The position numbers were made by a program, and so were the translations under genes. Below are positions 8,947-20,700 of a stretch of 62,883 nt of DNA, in pieces; position 1 is the stretch's first letter; each line of letters begins with the position of its first letter. The notes below the pieces were generated by a model. That model searched no databases. It saw only the letters and a program-made list of their open reading frames with translations, and was not told the origin of the DNA. This DNA comes from a virus: positions 1 through 62,883 of IMG/VR virus record IMGVR_UViG_3300007640_000006; one strand, given 5' to 3'.

Positions 8947-9509
8947 ACCACCAACCCAAAGCCGGCCGCTGCCGTGCCTGCACCAAGCTCTGGGAGGACT
9001 GCAGCTCGCTGCCCTTCCACACCATGCCGGTTCACAGCCAGGACGGTACCGACGCGGTGGTGATCTGCACAGAGTACGTCAAGGGCGCCAATGTGGTGCC
9101 CTCGAAGTCACCCGCAACTGCACCGATGCAGCGCCTGTACCTAAGTGGCCCCATGAGCGGACTTCCGGCCATGAACTACCCGGCATTCCACGCCGAAGCC
9201 GCCCGCCTGCGCGCCCTCGGGTACCACGTCGAGAACCCCGCCGAGAACCCGCCCCAGGATAGCTGGGATGACTACATGGCCGTTTGCATCCCGCAGATGG
9301 GTACCTGCGACACGATCGCCCTGCTGCCTGGCTGGTCGGAATCGCGCGGCGCCCTGCGGGAACGGCAGGAGGCGGTAAAGCTCGGCATGACGATCACACC
9401 AGCGGCGAAGATCATCGCCAGGAGAGTGCACCATGAGCATGTCCCAGTCCCATGCAGTGAAACTGATCAACGCCCAGGCGGCCGGTATCACGTTGGCGCG
9501 AGCGGTTGA
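8943..9509 (+). CDS. DUF4406-like (nucleoside 2-deoxyribosyltransferase-like fold) protein with an N-terminal Cys-rich extension
   Basis: ATG 8943 overlaps the upstream TGA. RLYLSGPMSGLPAMNYPAFHAEAARLRALGYHVENPAE...ALLPGWSESRGALRE fits the DUF4406 pattern. Confidence 0.55.
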   Translation: MNHQPKAGRCRACTKLWEDCSSLPFHTMPVHSQDGTDAVVICTEYVKGANVVPSKSPATAPMQRLYLSGPMSGLPAMNYPAFHAEAARLRALGYHVENPAENPPQDSWDDYMAVCIPQMGTCDTIALLPGWSESRGALRERQEAVKLGMTITPAAKIIARRVHHEHVPVPCSETDQRPGGRYHVGASG

Positions 9510-9639
9510 ATTGCTGGATAAAGCACGGCGTTATGTGGGTCAGTCCAACAGTGTCACGGCAATGGATCTAAGCCAGGAAATGCTGGAGTTTACCGCCAAC
9601 TATCGCCGGCAAGTTGAGGATACTGGTTGCCCGGAATAA
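9433..9639 (+). CDS. Hypothetical protein (68 aa), last gene before attP
   Basis: Track ORF that overlaps the previous gene by 77 nt and is followed by an intrinsic terminator. No motif. Confidence 0.45.
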   Translation: MSMSQSHAVKLINAQAAGITLARAVELLDKARRYVGQSNSVTAMDLSQEMLEFTANYRRQVEDTGCPE

Positions 9640-9761
9640 AGTGCGGCGGCATACTCCGCGCCGAACCCAGAATGCCCGGCTTCCCAGCAAACAGTAACGT
9701 GTATCCTGGCGTGTATCCCTAAGCGGTAAAGCCCCCGAAAGGCCCGTGATTGCGGCAAAGC

Positions 9762-9783
9762 GTGAGTCTCCCCCGGGGCACCA
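9762..9783 (+). other. tRNA 3'-end mimic (candidate attP core), not a complete tRNA gene
   Basis: gtgagt|ctccc|ccggggc|a|cca has the exact geometry of T-loop end, 5-nt T-stem, 7-nt acceptor strand, discriminator and CCA. No D-arm or anticodon arm lies upstream. Confidence 0.5.
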
Positions 9784-9829
9784 CGATCAAGATTCTGAGA
9801 TGCTCACAGAACACCAGAAACCCAGGAAA

Positions 9830-9856
9830 GCCGGCTATCTGAGCCGGCTTTTTTGT
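9830..9856 (+). terminator. Rho-independent terminator
   Basis: GCCGGCT-atctg-AGCCGGC perfect 7-bp stem followed by TTTTTTGTTT. Confidence 0.75.
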
Positions 9857-9949
9857 TTCTGGAGATCGCCAAAGGTTCAGTGAAGTTCTTGTATCCCTGT
9901 ATCCCCATATGTATCCTCGTTTCCCCGCGAACTTTGGGATACACAACAG

Positions 9950-11185
9950 GTGAAGCGCACTGCGATCAAGCGCCGGCCACTGGCTGATACCGTTCTGGCC
10001 ACCCTGGAACCGGAAGCGAAAGAATATCGTGAGCTCGACGGCGCCGGCCTTTACTTCCGTGTGAAGCCGGACGGCGGCAAGTCCTGGCAATTGCGCTACA
10101 AGAACGCCGCTGGCAAGTGGTCATGGATTGGCCTTGGCTCATACCCTGAAGTGGGCGGCGCCCTGGCGCGCAAGAAGGCCGGCGAGCACCAGGCGAACAT
10201 CAGCAACGGCGTCGACCCTCTCGAGCACAAGCGCGCCGAGAAGGCCCGCATGGATGCGGCTGCCACACGCACCTTCAGGGCTGCAGCAGAAGACTGGTAC
10301 ATGCACATGCAGGCCAAGGGGCTGGAGCAGAGCACGCTGGACAAGGTGCGCGCCTATCTCGATAAGGACATTCTGCCGGCGCTGGGCGCCAAGCAGCTCG
10401 ACGATATCACCCGCGCGGACTGCGCTGGCGTGCAGGCTATGTTCGAGGCACGCAACGCGCACAACGTAGCCAAGAAGGCGCGAGGCTGGATAAACCAGAT
10501 ATTCGGCCGAGCGATCGCCAAGGGCCTGACCGAGAACGACCCGGCCAGCCGCCTGGCAGCGATCGCCGCACCGCCACCCACCACCAAGCAGCAGCCGCAC
10601 CTGCTCGAGCATGAACTGCCCGACTTCCTGCACGCCCTGCAGGCCAGCACCAGCCGGCTACCGGCGCGCACCGCTGCATGGCTCTGCCTGTGGCTGGCTG
10701 TGCGCCCTGGCATGCTGCGCTTTGCCGAGTGGCCCGAGTTCGACCTTGAAGCCGGCACGTGGTCAGTGTCAGCGGACAAGATGAAGATGGACCGGGACTA
10801 TATGACCCCTCTCCCGCGCCAGGCTATTGCCGCCCTGCAGGATCTGCACAGGGTCACCGGCCACAACCGCTGGCTGTTCCCCGGAGTTGGCCCTAAGAAC
10901 CCGACCATCAGCGAGAACACCATCTGCCAGGTCTATGCAAAGATCGGCTACAAAGGCCGCCTTGTTGGCCACGGCACACGCCACACCGCCAGCACCCTGC
11001 TGAACGAACACGACTGGCCAAAGAAGCATATCGACGCCCAACTCGCGCACAAGGTCGAAGGCGTCGCAGGCGTCTATAACAAGGCTCAGTACCTTGAGCA
11101 GCGCCGGGTGATGATGCAGTGGTATGTCGACTATCTGGATGCTCTGGCAGCCGGTACTGCCAAGCAACTCAGTCGGAGGCCCTGA
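9950..11185 (+). CDS. int: Tyrosine integrase, P4-type (DUF4102-like N-terminal arm-binding domain)
   Basis: GTG start. N-terminus LYFRVKPDGGKSWQLRYKNAAGKWSWIGLGSYP. Catalytic region AVRPGMLRFAEW, HGTRHTASTLL, AHKVEGVAGVYNKAQY (R, H-x-x-R, H, Y). Confidence 0.92.
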   Translation: MKRTAIKRRPLADTVLATLEPEAKEYRELDGAGLYFRVKPDGGKSWQLRYKNAAGKWSWIGLGSYPEVGGALARKKAGEHQANISNGVDPLEHKRAEKARMDAAATRTFRAAAEDWYMHMQAKGLEQSTLDKVRAYLDKDILPALGAKQLDDITRADCAGVQAMFEARNAHNVAKKARGWINQIFGRAIAKGLTENDPASRLAAIAAPPPTTKQQPHLLEHELPDFLHALQASTSRLPARTAAWLCLWLAVRPGMLRFAEWPEFDLEAGTWSVSADKMKMDRDYMTPLPRQAIAALQDLHRVTGHNRWLFPGVGPKNPTISENTICQVYAKIGYKGRLVGHGTRHTASTLLNEHDWPKKHIDAQLAHKVEGVAGVYNKAQYLEQRRVMMQWYVDYLDALAAGTAKQLSRRP

Positions 11186-11247
11186 ACAGGCCCTTGCCCT
11201 GCTCAGCCAGCGCGCCGAAACTGGGCTTAGGTTTTTGGGAGATACCC

Positions 11248-11460
11248 ATGCTTCAAGTCTGGATTGGCGCCATCCTGCTGGTGCTCGGCATGTTCATGCT
11301 GCTGGCAAACCCTGTTGCCGGCGGCGTGCTGATCGGCATCGGCTACCTGCTTTACAAGAACACCAGCAAGGCCACGCGCGCCGCGGCCGAGTCCACGTTC
11401 TGGGGCATATGCTTGCTGTGCGGTACAGTTGTGGGTGTTGCAGCCATCATCGGATATTGA
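11248..11460 (+). CDS. Small membrane protein (70 aa), int-proximal cargo
   Basis: Internal ATG of track ORF 11119-11460 with a GGGAG RBS. Hydrophobic segments WIGAILLVLGMFMLLA, GGVLIGIGYLLY and GICLLCGTVVGVAAIIGY. Confidence 0.5.
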   Translation: MLQVWIGAILLVLGMFMLLANPVAGGVLIGIGYLLYKNTSKATRAAAESTFWGICLLCGTVVGVAAIIGY

Positions 11461-11478
11461 TCCGTCATTGGAGTCCAA

Positions 11479-11727
11479 ATGAAGACGTCTACGCTAATTG
11501 CCATCCTGCAAGAAAAGCTGATCACTCACGGTGATATCGACGCTGAAGTGACATGGGAAGGCATCAGCAGGCCGATATATGCTGAAAGCATTTACAAGAC
11601 CAAGGACAACAGACTGTTCATTGATGGCGAAGGCGTCGACCTATTCCACTACAAGGAACGGTTTGCCGAAGACCCAGCAGAGAGTACTTCAGTGGACGCT
11701 CCTCGCGTGCCGCAGGAAGATGAATAG
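11479..11727 (+). CDS. Hypothetical protein (82 aa), int-proximal cargo
   Basis: Track ORF with GGAG 7 nt upstream of the ATG. The stretch is visibly AT-richer. It converges on the end of the giant late gene. Confidence 0.55.
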   Translation: MKTSTLIAILQEKLITHGDIDAEVTWEGISRPIYAESIYKTKDNRLFIDGEGVDLFHYKERFAEDPAESTSVDAPRVPQEDE

Positions 11728-11761
11728 CTGCTGCGGCAAGCCCATCCTTGGCCTTGCCTGA

Positions 11762-14700
11762 TCAGAAGTCCCCGCCCGCCAGCTTCACGATCCTTTCCGC
11801 AATCTGATTCGACTGACGCTGCAGCGCATCCAGGCGCTGCCGCTTCTGCTCTGGCGTCATGCGGGTGTCGCGATATACCGCATCCATCTGGTTGCGCACG
11901 TTGCCCAGTTGCTTGCGAGCGAAGCCCAGCGCCGGCCGGTGGCGCAACTTCTCGCGGTTCGCCGCCATCAGTTGCTCGGCCGCGTCGACGCGCCCCTCCT
12001 CCCGATAGGACTTGATCGTGCGATTGAGCTGGTCGGCCTCGCGCATCATGTCGTAGAACTCAGACTGGTACTTGGTGCTGCGCGGCGAATCGCCCTGGTA
12101 CAAGACTTTCAGGATCGGGATATCGCCGCTGCGGCTGGCCGGGCGCTCGGCATCGCTGAAGGTGTTGGCCACCAGGCTCGACATATCCAGCACGTACTGG
12201 CCTAGGGTGCCGGTGTAGGCGGCGATCAGGTGGTCGACCTGCTTGGGCGACAGCCCTGCGATCGGCCCGGTAACCTGGCCCAGCACGCGGCCAATGGCGC
12301 TAGTGCGCTCGTCATACCGTGCCTCCGGCAGTTTCCCCTCGTCGCTCATATCCTCGATCGGCGAGTCGCGGAAAAAGTTGCGGTTGGCCTGCAGTTCCCG
12401 GATTGGCTGGTAGAACTGCGGTACCGGGTTGAATGCCAAGGTCTGGAACACGCCTTGCGATACCGCCTTGGCCAGGTCGCCGCCATCCTGGGTACCAGTG
12501 AGCGCGTGCAGGATTCGCTCTGGCACGGTACCGAAGATCAAGCCCAGTTCGAACGGCTTGGGAATGCGGAAATGCTCGTCGCCTAGGAAGATATGCCAGT
12601 GCATGTCTTTATCCCAGTCCATCAGTGCCTGGTAACGCTCGTCATCGTCGTTCAGGCCAGCCAGCATCAGCGAGAACAGCGCGATATAGCCGCCCTTCAT
12701 GGCCACTTCCTTGGCCAGTAGGGTCTTGTCGCCCTTCACCGCACGACCGAGCTTGTACAAGCCCTGCAGGCGCGCGTTCAGGAACGGCACCACATCGGTA
12801 AACCACTGCGCCGCGGCGAAGTTGCCGCGCAGGCTGTAGTCCATCAGATCCTTGGCTTCGTAGGATGCCTGCCGGCGAGACTTGCCGGCCTCGATCGCGG
12901 CCTTGTAGGTGCTCAGACGGTTGGCGTTCTCGACCTTGTCGCCCAGTTCCCGATACTTCTGCCAGCCCTTGCCGATCATGGCCGCGGCTTTTGCTGGGGT
13001 GTTCACCAGGCTGCCCAAGTAGGCCTCCTGCTGCGTGCGGGTGAAGCCCTTCTTCTCCAGCGCGCGGCGGATGATCTGCGCCGAGGCCTCTGGATCTGCC
13101 CCGTGCACATAGCCACCCTGGAAGCTGCCGCCGGCAAACATCAGGTCGCGGTAATCCTGATCCTCGCGCAGAGCGTCGCGCATGCCCTTGAGCGAGTCCT
13201 TGCCCAGCGTGAAGCCGTCTTTGTTGATTACCCAGGCATGCGCGGCGTCACGGATGAAGTTGCGCAGGATGAAGTCAGGCGATGCCGTTACGCCGGTGGT
13301 GAGAATCCGCTTGAAGGTCCGCCCGATCTTGGTGATCGGGTCATTGAACACGCTGCCTTCCATGAACTTCAGGCCGCGCAGCAGGCTCTCGTCGTTCACG
13401 CGGTAGTACTCGCTCTTGCCGTCGCGCTGCACCCGCACGATATCGGGGTCAGTCGGCGCAACGCGGGTCCACAGCTTCTCGAAGCCCTCGCTTTCAGGCT
13501 TCATCAGTTGGTTCACCACCTTGATGACGTTGGAGCCGGCCGGCAGGTCCAGCAGATCAGCGGCCAGCGCCAGGGCCTTGCGATCCTTGCGGATCTGCTG
13601 GGCGATCTGATCACGGCTGATCAGCACCTGCTGCCAGCGCGGGCTCTCGTCGGTCAGGAAGTCGCTGCCCTGCAGGTTATCCACCACCTCGAGCAACGCC
13701 TTGTTCTTCATCGAGGCGTCGATGCGCTTGGTCCATCCGGCCAGCATGTTGGACAGCAGGTCGTTGGTTGGCAGGTTGCCACCCTTCAGCGCCTTGATGG
13801 CAGCGGTCTGGTGCGACAGGCCGCGCTTCGACCGCGGTGCAGTGAAGATGCCTTCGCTTTCGTCCTGGCGGTAGAACGGCACGTAGTAGTCCGTCAGCCA
13901 CTTCGCCCTGGCGTCCTGATCGATCAGGCCGGCTTCTTGCGCCAGGTCGAGAACAGCCTCGTTCACCTGTGCATATTCGCGATACACCTTCTCGAAGAGC
14001 TCTTCCTTGCCCTGCCCCATTGCCACCAGCTCGGCAATCTCGGTATCGGTCAGGTTGTTCTCACGCCCCTGAGCCTTCAGCAACTGAGCGCGCTTGCCGC
14101 CGAGCCAAGCGAGCCATGGCGTCAGGTTGTCCGCGCCGAGGTCACCCAGGATATCAAGCACGCCGCGGGTACCGGCCTTGCCAGACACGATACCGTCGCG
14201 CCATTCCGGCGCCGCGTAGTGCAGCACGCCATGCATCACGTCGGCGATACCACTGGCCAGGCGGGCCGACACATACCCCTGCTGGTTTGCATCGGTGACG
14301 CCTACCGCCTCTTCAGCGCGACGGATGCCGGCCAGGCCGTCGAAAATCCCCTCTTCCGATCGCACGGACCATTCCTTGAGCTTCGCCTGCAGGCCGCCCA
14401 AGGTGACGTTGCGCACCTGATCCAGCAGGTTCTGCGCCTCGCTGCCCGCCAGCCCCAGCTTGCGCAGCGCTTCGGTGTCGCGCTGGCTGGCACGGGAATA
14501 GCGAATATCAGGATCGATCTCGTCGAATGCCCCGGTGTTGTTCGTGGCCGACTTCACCTGGTTGTTGTAGAACGCCACCCAGGTACCGGTATTCGCAAGC
14601 TGGATGCCGTCATAACCCTCGGCTTCAAGCCGCTGCCGCATAGCGATCGCCTTCTCGAAGGAATCCAGGCTCTGCGATTCCGCCACGCTCATGCGGTACG

Positions 14701-17700
14701 GGTTCTTGATCGATGCGAACAGCGGCATAACGTTGGTCAGCCCTGGCATGCCGTCGGTTGCTTTCTCTGCGTAGGCTTTCGCCAGGGTGCCGTCATTGGT
14801 GAGGAACACACCAAGCGGTGCCGTGGTGTGGCCGGTGCTGCGGCCCGGCCGGCTCTGGTCAAAGATGGTGAACTGTTCGGCGGTGCCGTGGTACAGCACC
14901 AGTGGCTCGCCGTTGCCGTCCGTCACCTTAGAGACGGTATCGGGATTGACGCGATTCAGCGCCCGGCGTACAAAGTCCCCTGGAGCCTTGGTATTGGCCG
15001 GTGTCGACCTCTGACCTTCACGGGTCATCTCGCGCGGAGAGACTGCCAAGGCTTCTTCTTTTCTATCGAGCGTCACAAGATTGTGCAGTCGGCGCCCGTT
15101 ATTGTCCTCGCGGACATTGAACACCACATACAGCGGCACCCCGTCGACAGATACGGGCATGATCAGCTTGTGGTGCGCCATCCCTTCCCGACCTTTGCTA
15201 TCGAAGTCCCAGCGCGAATACTCCGCATGGCGAATTGCGTCCTGCACCTTGGCCAGGACCGTATGTTTCGCCGGGTCTGCTGAAGTCGACACTGCTTTCT
15301 TGGCGCCGTTGTTGTTCAACCTGACCTCGCCAAGCACGTCATGCTGCAGGGTTTCACCAGACGCAACAAACCCGCGCAGCAACTCCAGCACCTTGGCCTG
15401 ACGCTCCTTGATACCCAGCCCCTTCCAGGCTTCTGGTGTTTTCAGGCGAAGCGGCTTCGATTCGTCCAGCCGCTGCTCAACCGCCAGTGCCTGCCAGTCA
15501 CCGAACCACCGGTCGAAAGATTCGCTGCGCACTTGGTGCCACTGCTTCTGATTGAGCTTCGACGGCTTGCCGTTCGGTGCCAGCAAGCGCCCCTGCTCGT
15601 CGGCGATTTCTGGACCACGACCGGAGCGCCCATCGCGCGAGAACGCCTCCCGAGCACCAGCCCGGCGCCTGCCGTTCTCGATATAGGCCCGAGCATTGGC
15701 CAACAGACCCTGAATATCGCCCTCGGTCCAACGCATGTTGAAGCCGATAGATCGCAGCGCGTTGCGCATCGCGGTCACCAAGCGCGGCCAGAACGCTTGC
15801 TGCTGGATGGTACCGGCGCCAGCCATATCGGCCAGCACTTCCTCCATGGCCACGGCCGGCTCATACCCATGCCGACGCACGAACTGATCGGCCTGGGCTT
15901 TTAGCTCTGGATTGCCGTTGTAGATACTCATCAGTAGAGGCTTTAGCCGAGCGCCGTACGCTCCCTGCATACCAGCATGACCAAGCACTTCATGCTGTAA
16001 CACGAACGCCGCGTGCTTCACGTCACGCAGGTTGTCGGCCACTAGATAAACCGTGCCGTCGCTCAGGGTGCCCTCGATATCAAAGGCGCCATCACGCTCG
16101 ACAGTACGACGCTGGCGATCCGGCAGATCCTTGATCGACTGCACCACCTTCACATCTGGCGCATTCTGCCAGGCCCCGGTCAGGCGCTTGAGTTGCATGC
16201 GCAGTTGGCCAGCGCGGGCGCCCTGGCCCTGCTCTGGAGAGCGTCGGTAGCTGTTGCGCGAGTACATGACCACCGCACCGTCATCATCAACGCGGGTTTG
16301 CACGGTCGAAAACAGCTTGTCGAAAGCATCGCTTACCGGCCCCTGCTCGTCCGGGGTCAGATACGGGTACCGATCAGCAGAACGGACGAACTGCTCCAGG
16401 GTCCGGACGTTCGCCAAGTAGTCGTTGCGATAGCCCTGGTCTGCCAGCCTGGCAATGACGTAGGTTTCAAATGCCCGGGCGCCGCGCTCGATGATCTGCG
16501 ACCAGTATGCATCCGGCGACTTGTCCAGATTGGCAGACCGGCGCGCCATGGGCGACTGATCCAGCACGTCGACCAGTTCAGCGAAAGCACGCTCTACCTC
16601 TGGCCGCACACCCGTAGGATGACGTGGATCGACCTGCCAGTTATCCGGGTTGAAGTACTCGGCATCTGGGTTCTGCTCGCGGTAGCGCTGCAGTTTGGCC
16701 AGGGACATAGGCGAACTACGTTGCGTCTTGTGGACGTACAGCGGTTCCGGCCGGTAAGTGATGAAGTTGTTATTGCGGTACGCCTGCTGGGCATTGGCGC
16801 CCCGCTCCATCGGCACCTCACCGCCACGCTGGCGAGCAAAGTAGTTATCAAGCGCATGGAACCATTCATGCGCAAGCGATCCTGCCCCGCGCGTCTTGGT
16901 CATGTTGATGACTATATTGCTCGGCTCGAAATGAGCGCTGGCACGGCCACGCCCACGCGAACCGAAGCCGATGCCGAGGCGCCCGCCGAGGCTCAAGGCT
17001 TTGGGCGGCACGCCGACCACATCGGCCAGATCCATGAACGAATCGTAGGCTTGGTTCAGCAGGCCCTGCCGATCAGCACCACCGGCACCTTGCGCAACCC
17101 AGTTGCCGAACTCGACGCCACGGAAGCCGAACACTTCAAGGAACTGCTCAGGCGTGATATCGGCGCCGTTCCGGTAATTGCGCCCGGTACGCTCGTCGTT
17201 GGTATCGCGGCGCATGTCGGCCTTGGTGACGTTGTCGCGGTTCTTTACGGCATCCCAGGCCGTGACCAGCTCACCGTGCTGGTCCGATAGAAAAGCGCGC
17301 GCTGCCTTCACATCGCTGAAGGTCTTTAGACGCCGCAGTTCTTTGTCCCCATCCTTTGAAATGAACACCTCGCCAGAACTGCGATCGGTGTAGATGGAGA
17401 ACTTCATGCGCGACTCTGGAGCCGAACCCAGATTGATCGCAGAGCGGATATCGGAGAGAGCATCGGCGACGCTATTCTTTCCGAAGAAGTGTTTCCTGCT
17501 GCCGTCGATCTCTACCTCGACCCACGAACCGGGCACCATTGTCCCGCCATCGTTGTACTTGCCGCTGGCAACACTTACCCGGCCTATACGCCCCCACTGA
17601 CCGCGATCAATACCCATCAGAAGTTCGATCTTGTCGGCGATCGGTCGCAAGCCAGGGCTGAACTCGCGCATTTTCGGAACAGTCGCATCAGCACCGATGT

Positions 17701-20700
17701 CAGCCAGCGTCTTCAGGATCTCGCGCGCGGCCTTCACCTTGTCGACCCAGACGCGCACCTTGTAAGGTACGCGCGGCTTGGCAGGGATCATCTCGCGCAC
17801 GACCTGATACGACGCAGCGTGAAACAGATCCTCGATGCGATTGATCTCGTCCTTCGGCCAAAGCTGGCTCAGGGTGCTGTTGGCGATAGCGGCATCATCC
17901 ATGCTGTCCAGACGCTCGCGCACCCCGCGCAGCTCGTCCTTCCTGGCGCCGCCCAGCTTCTCGCCGGCATCCTCTACGATTTTTGGCTGACGGCTTGCCG
18001 TCGCGGTAGGCTCTGGGCGCGCCCGCTCTTCACTGACAACACCGTACTCTTCCCGCAGCGCTTCCCAGGCCTGGCGGTTCACGCCTTCCGGGCTGTCGCT
18101 GTTCAGGTCGTTGTACTGCTCGAAGGTGATGCCGGCCGAGGCGCGATCAACGTCCGCCTCGTACTGGTCCTGCAGGCGCTGGATGGCCTGGTCGTAACCT
18201 GGCGATCCTTTCTTGATGCCGGCGGCCTTGGCCTGGCGGTCGATATAGCGCTTGCGCGGGGTCGCCAGGATCTCGGGCAGAGCCGGCGCCAGATCGGTCG
18301 CTTGAGCGGGTACCGCCTGTTCACTGGCCGCTGGTTGATCAGCAGCAGGCTGCTCGCTCAGTGCACGCTGTCCGTCTGCCCCTTGAGTTGCAGCAGGAAC
18401 ACCAGATCGATCAGTTCCTGCCGATCGCCCGGCAGCGGCAGGCCGTTCAGCCACAACTGGCTCTCGCGCCACGTTATCTGCCGCATCTGGCACAGCAGGC
18501 GTATCGCCTGCGGCTCGGTCATCAACAGGCCCTGGCCGACTATCAGCACCTTGCACCTCCTGAGACGCCTGATCAGTGAACGAACTGGGGAACTCACGCG
18601 CCAGCGGCAGCAGATCGGCCATCGGCGCATTGAGACGGATAACCTTCACATCGCCGCCGGTCTCGCGTTGCGCCAGCCATTGGTGGTGGCCATCGAGAAC
18701 ATAGCCGTCGCCAGATACCAGAATGGAGCGCTCGGTACCTTCCCGAGCAGCAGCGCGCCCTACCCGTTCCGGACTGAACTCGGCTTGCGTCGGGCGCAGG
18801 CTGCGAGCCGGCACGGTCTGTTCCTCATGCGTAACGCCGCGGGCGTTCATGAAATTGACCATGGCCCCGCGATGGTCAGCGCGAATCTGCGGCATGTCCG
18901 CGCGCGGCACGCCAAGGCTGCCGGACTGTTGGTTGAATCCGACCCAGCCACTACCGAGGTCGTCACCCTGCAGGTCACGCGCGAAAGTCACGCCGCTGTC
19001 ACGGCCATTGTCACGTGACACGTCCGTGACAGGTCGCCGCGCTGCCGGCGCCTGCCGCTCCATGCCAGGCCCGCCGATGGGGCGAACCTGGGCGCGCGGC
19101 TCAACGAATGGCGCAGTCGCACCACGCTGCGCATTACCCTGGCTGTCCACCACCATGGTGCCTGGCGCGGGCAAGCCAAGCGGCGCAGGCGGCGGTACCG
19201 GCTCACGCGGCACAGCAACCGCCCATCCACCCTCATGCGGGACGATGATCGGGCTTTCGCCCTCGCGCTGCAGTTGGTTGAACAATCCCAGCAGGCGCAC
19301 GTCTCGCTCGCCACGGAATGGGCGCCCGTTCTTCTGCACGCGAATATCGAAGTTCGGATCGCCAGCCACTGGAGTGGGCTGCACCTGCTCGACAGGCATA
19401 GGCCCGGTATCCGACTCAACCGTCGGCAGCGGTAGCGGCTGCTCGACCTGCTCGACCGACTGCGGGCCGGTGTCCGATTCCACAGTTGCCAGCGGCGGCT
19501 GCTCCGGCAGTTCGTCTACCTGCGGCACCAGTTCATCCAGGCCGCGAGGATCTTGCGGGTCGAAACCCTGCTCGGCCCAGGTATCCAACTGCCGCTTGGC
19601 GGCATCCAGCGCCTGGGCCTCTGGCACTTCCACCATCGTCTGCAGATCACGGTCGTAGCGGTAGAAGCGCAGATTGCCGTTCTCGTCCAGATCAGCCGGG
19701 AACAGCTCCTGAGCGATCGCCAGTTGCTGGCTGATCGGCTCGTATCGACCTCCCGGCTGCGTATCGGGCGCACCGCTGAGCATGGATTGACGCACAGCAT
19801 CCTGCACCGGGGTCTGGCTTCCAGTCGGCGCGCCGTCGACGGCAGTTACGGCAGCGGCAGACAGCGGGCCAGCAGCAGGGTCCAGCCCCATCTGCTCAGA
19901 CGGTCGGCGTGCAACGTTGACCGCACCGCCGATCGCAGATCCTGCCAGCGTGCCTTCCACTGCAGCACGCGGCACGCCCTCCATCAATGGCTTCTGCTCG
20001 GCCCAGTTCTGCAGCATCTGCTCTTGAACGGACTGCGGCAGCTCTTCCAGCACGCCCTCGGTCAGCGCGCCGCCAGCAACGCGACGAGCCAGCCCGGGCG
20101 ATTTGCCTGCCACCTGGCCGACACCGCCAGCCAGCGCGCTCTCCACGTCGATCAGGCCAGCACGCTGTGCAAGGCGCGCACCAAAGCCACTCAGGGCAGC
20201 ACCAGCCACACCAGCACCAGCAGACGCCAGGGCGGCGCGCCGCGGGTCGACCTCGCGATCAATCTGATCCATGGTGCCGCCGGCGATCACAGCACCCTCA
20301 CCACCAGCACCGGCCGCGATAGCCTGCCGCGCGGCCTGGCCAGCGGTCGCCGGGCTGGCGATCAGCCCAGCAGCGCGCCCACCTACCAGCGCACCACGGC
20401 CGATAGCGCCACCCGCCAGCATCTGCGGCAGCGACTCAGCCACCAGGCCTGCAACATTGCCAGGATTGCTCGCGTAGGCACCCGCGATATCCAGCGCATC
20501 GCCCTCTTCCCAGGCCTGCTCAATCTCAGCAGTACCTTGCTGGCGTTGTGGGCTGTATTCCTGCTGAGCCTCTTCCTGCCACTTGCTGGGCTGGAAGCCA
20601 GTCGCCTCACCGATCTTGTCAGCCGTCTCGTCGACAACACGGCGGCCAGTGAGCGCGCCGACACCCACATCAGCCAGACCAGTGACCACACCGGGCAACT

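Larger units (their letters stand above)
9699..9945 (+). other. attP-like region: six GTATCC(C/T) arm-type repeats flanking a tRNA-3'-end-like core
   Basis: Direct copies lie at 9699-9706 and 9711-9718 (GTGTATCC), 9891-9897, 9899-9906 and 9911-9918. An inverted copy GGGATACAC lies at 9937-9945, abutting the int start codon. Confidence 0.6.

Noticed and set aside
9700-9790. Possible complete tRNA gene in the attP region
   Set aside because: Only the last 22 nt have tRNA geometry. I cannot fold a D-arm or anticodon arm from the upstream sequence, so it is treated as an attP core copy of a host tRNA 3' end.
9719-10090. 123-aa minus-strand ORF spanning attP and the int 5' end
   Set aside because: It crosses a terminator and the arm-site repeats, has no RBS, and is antisense to int.
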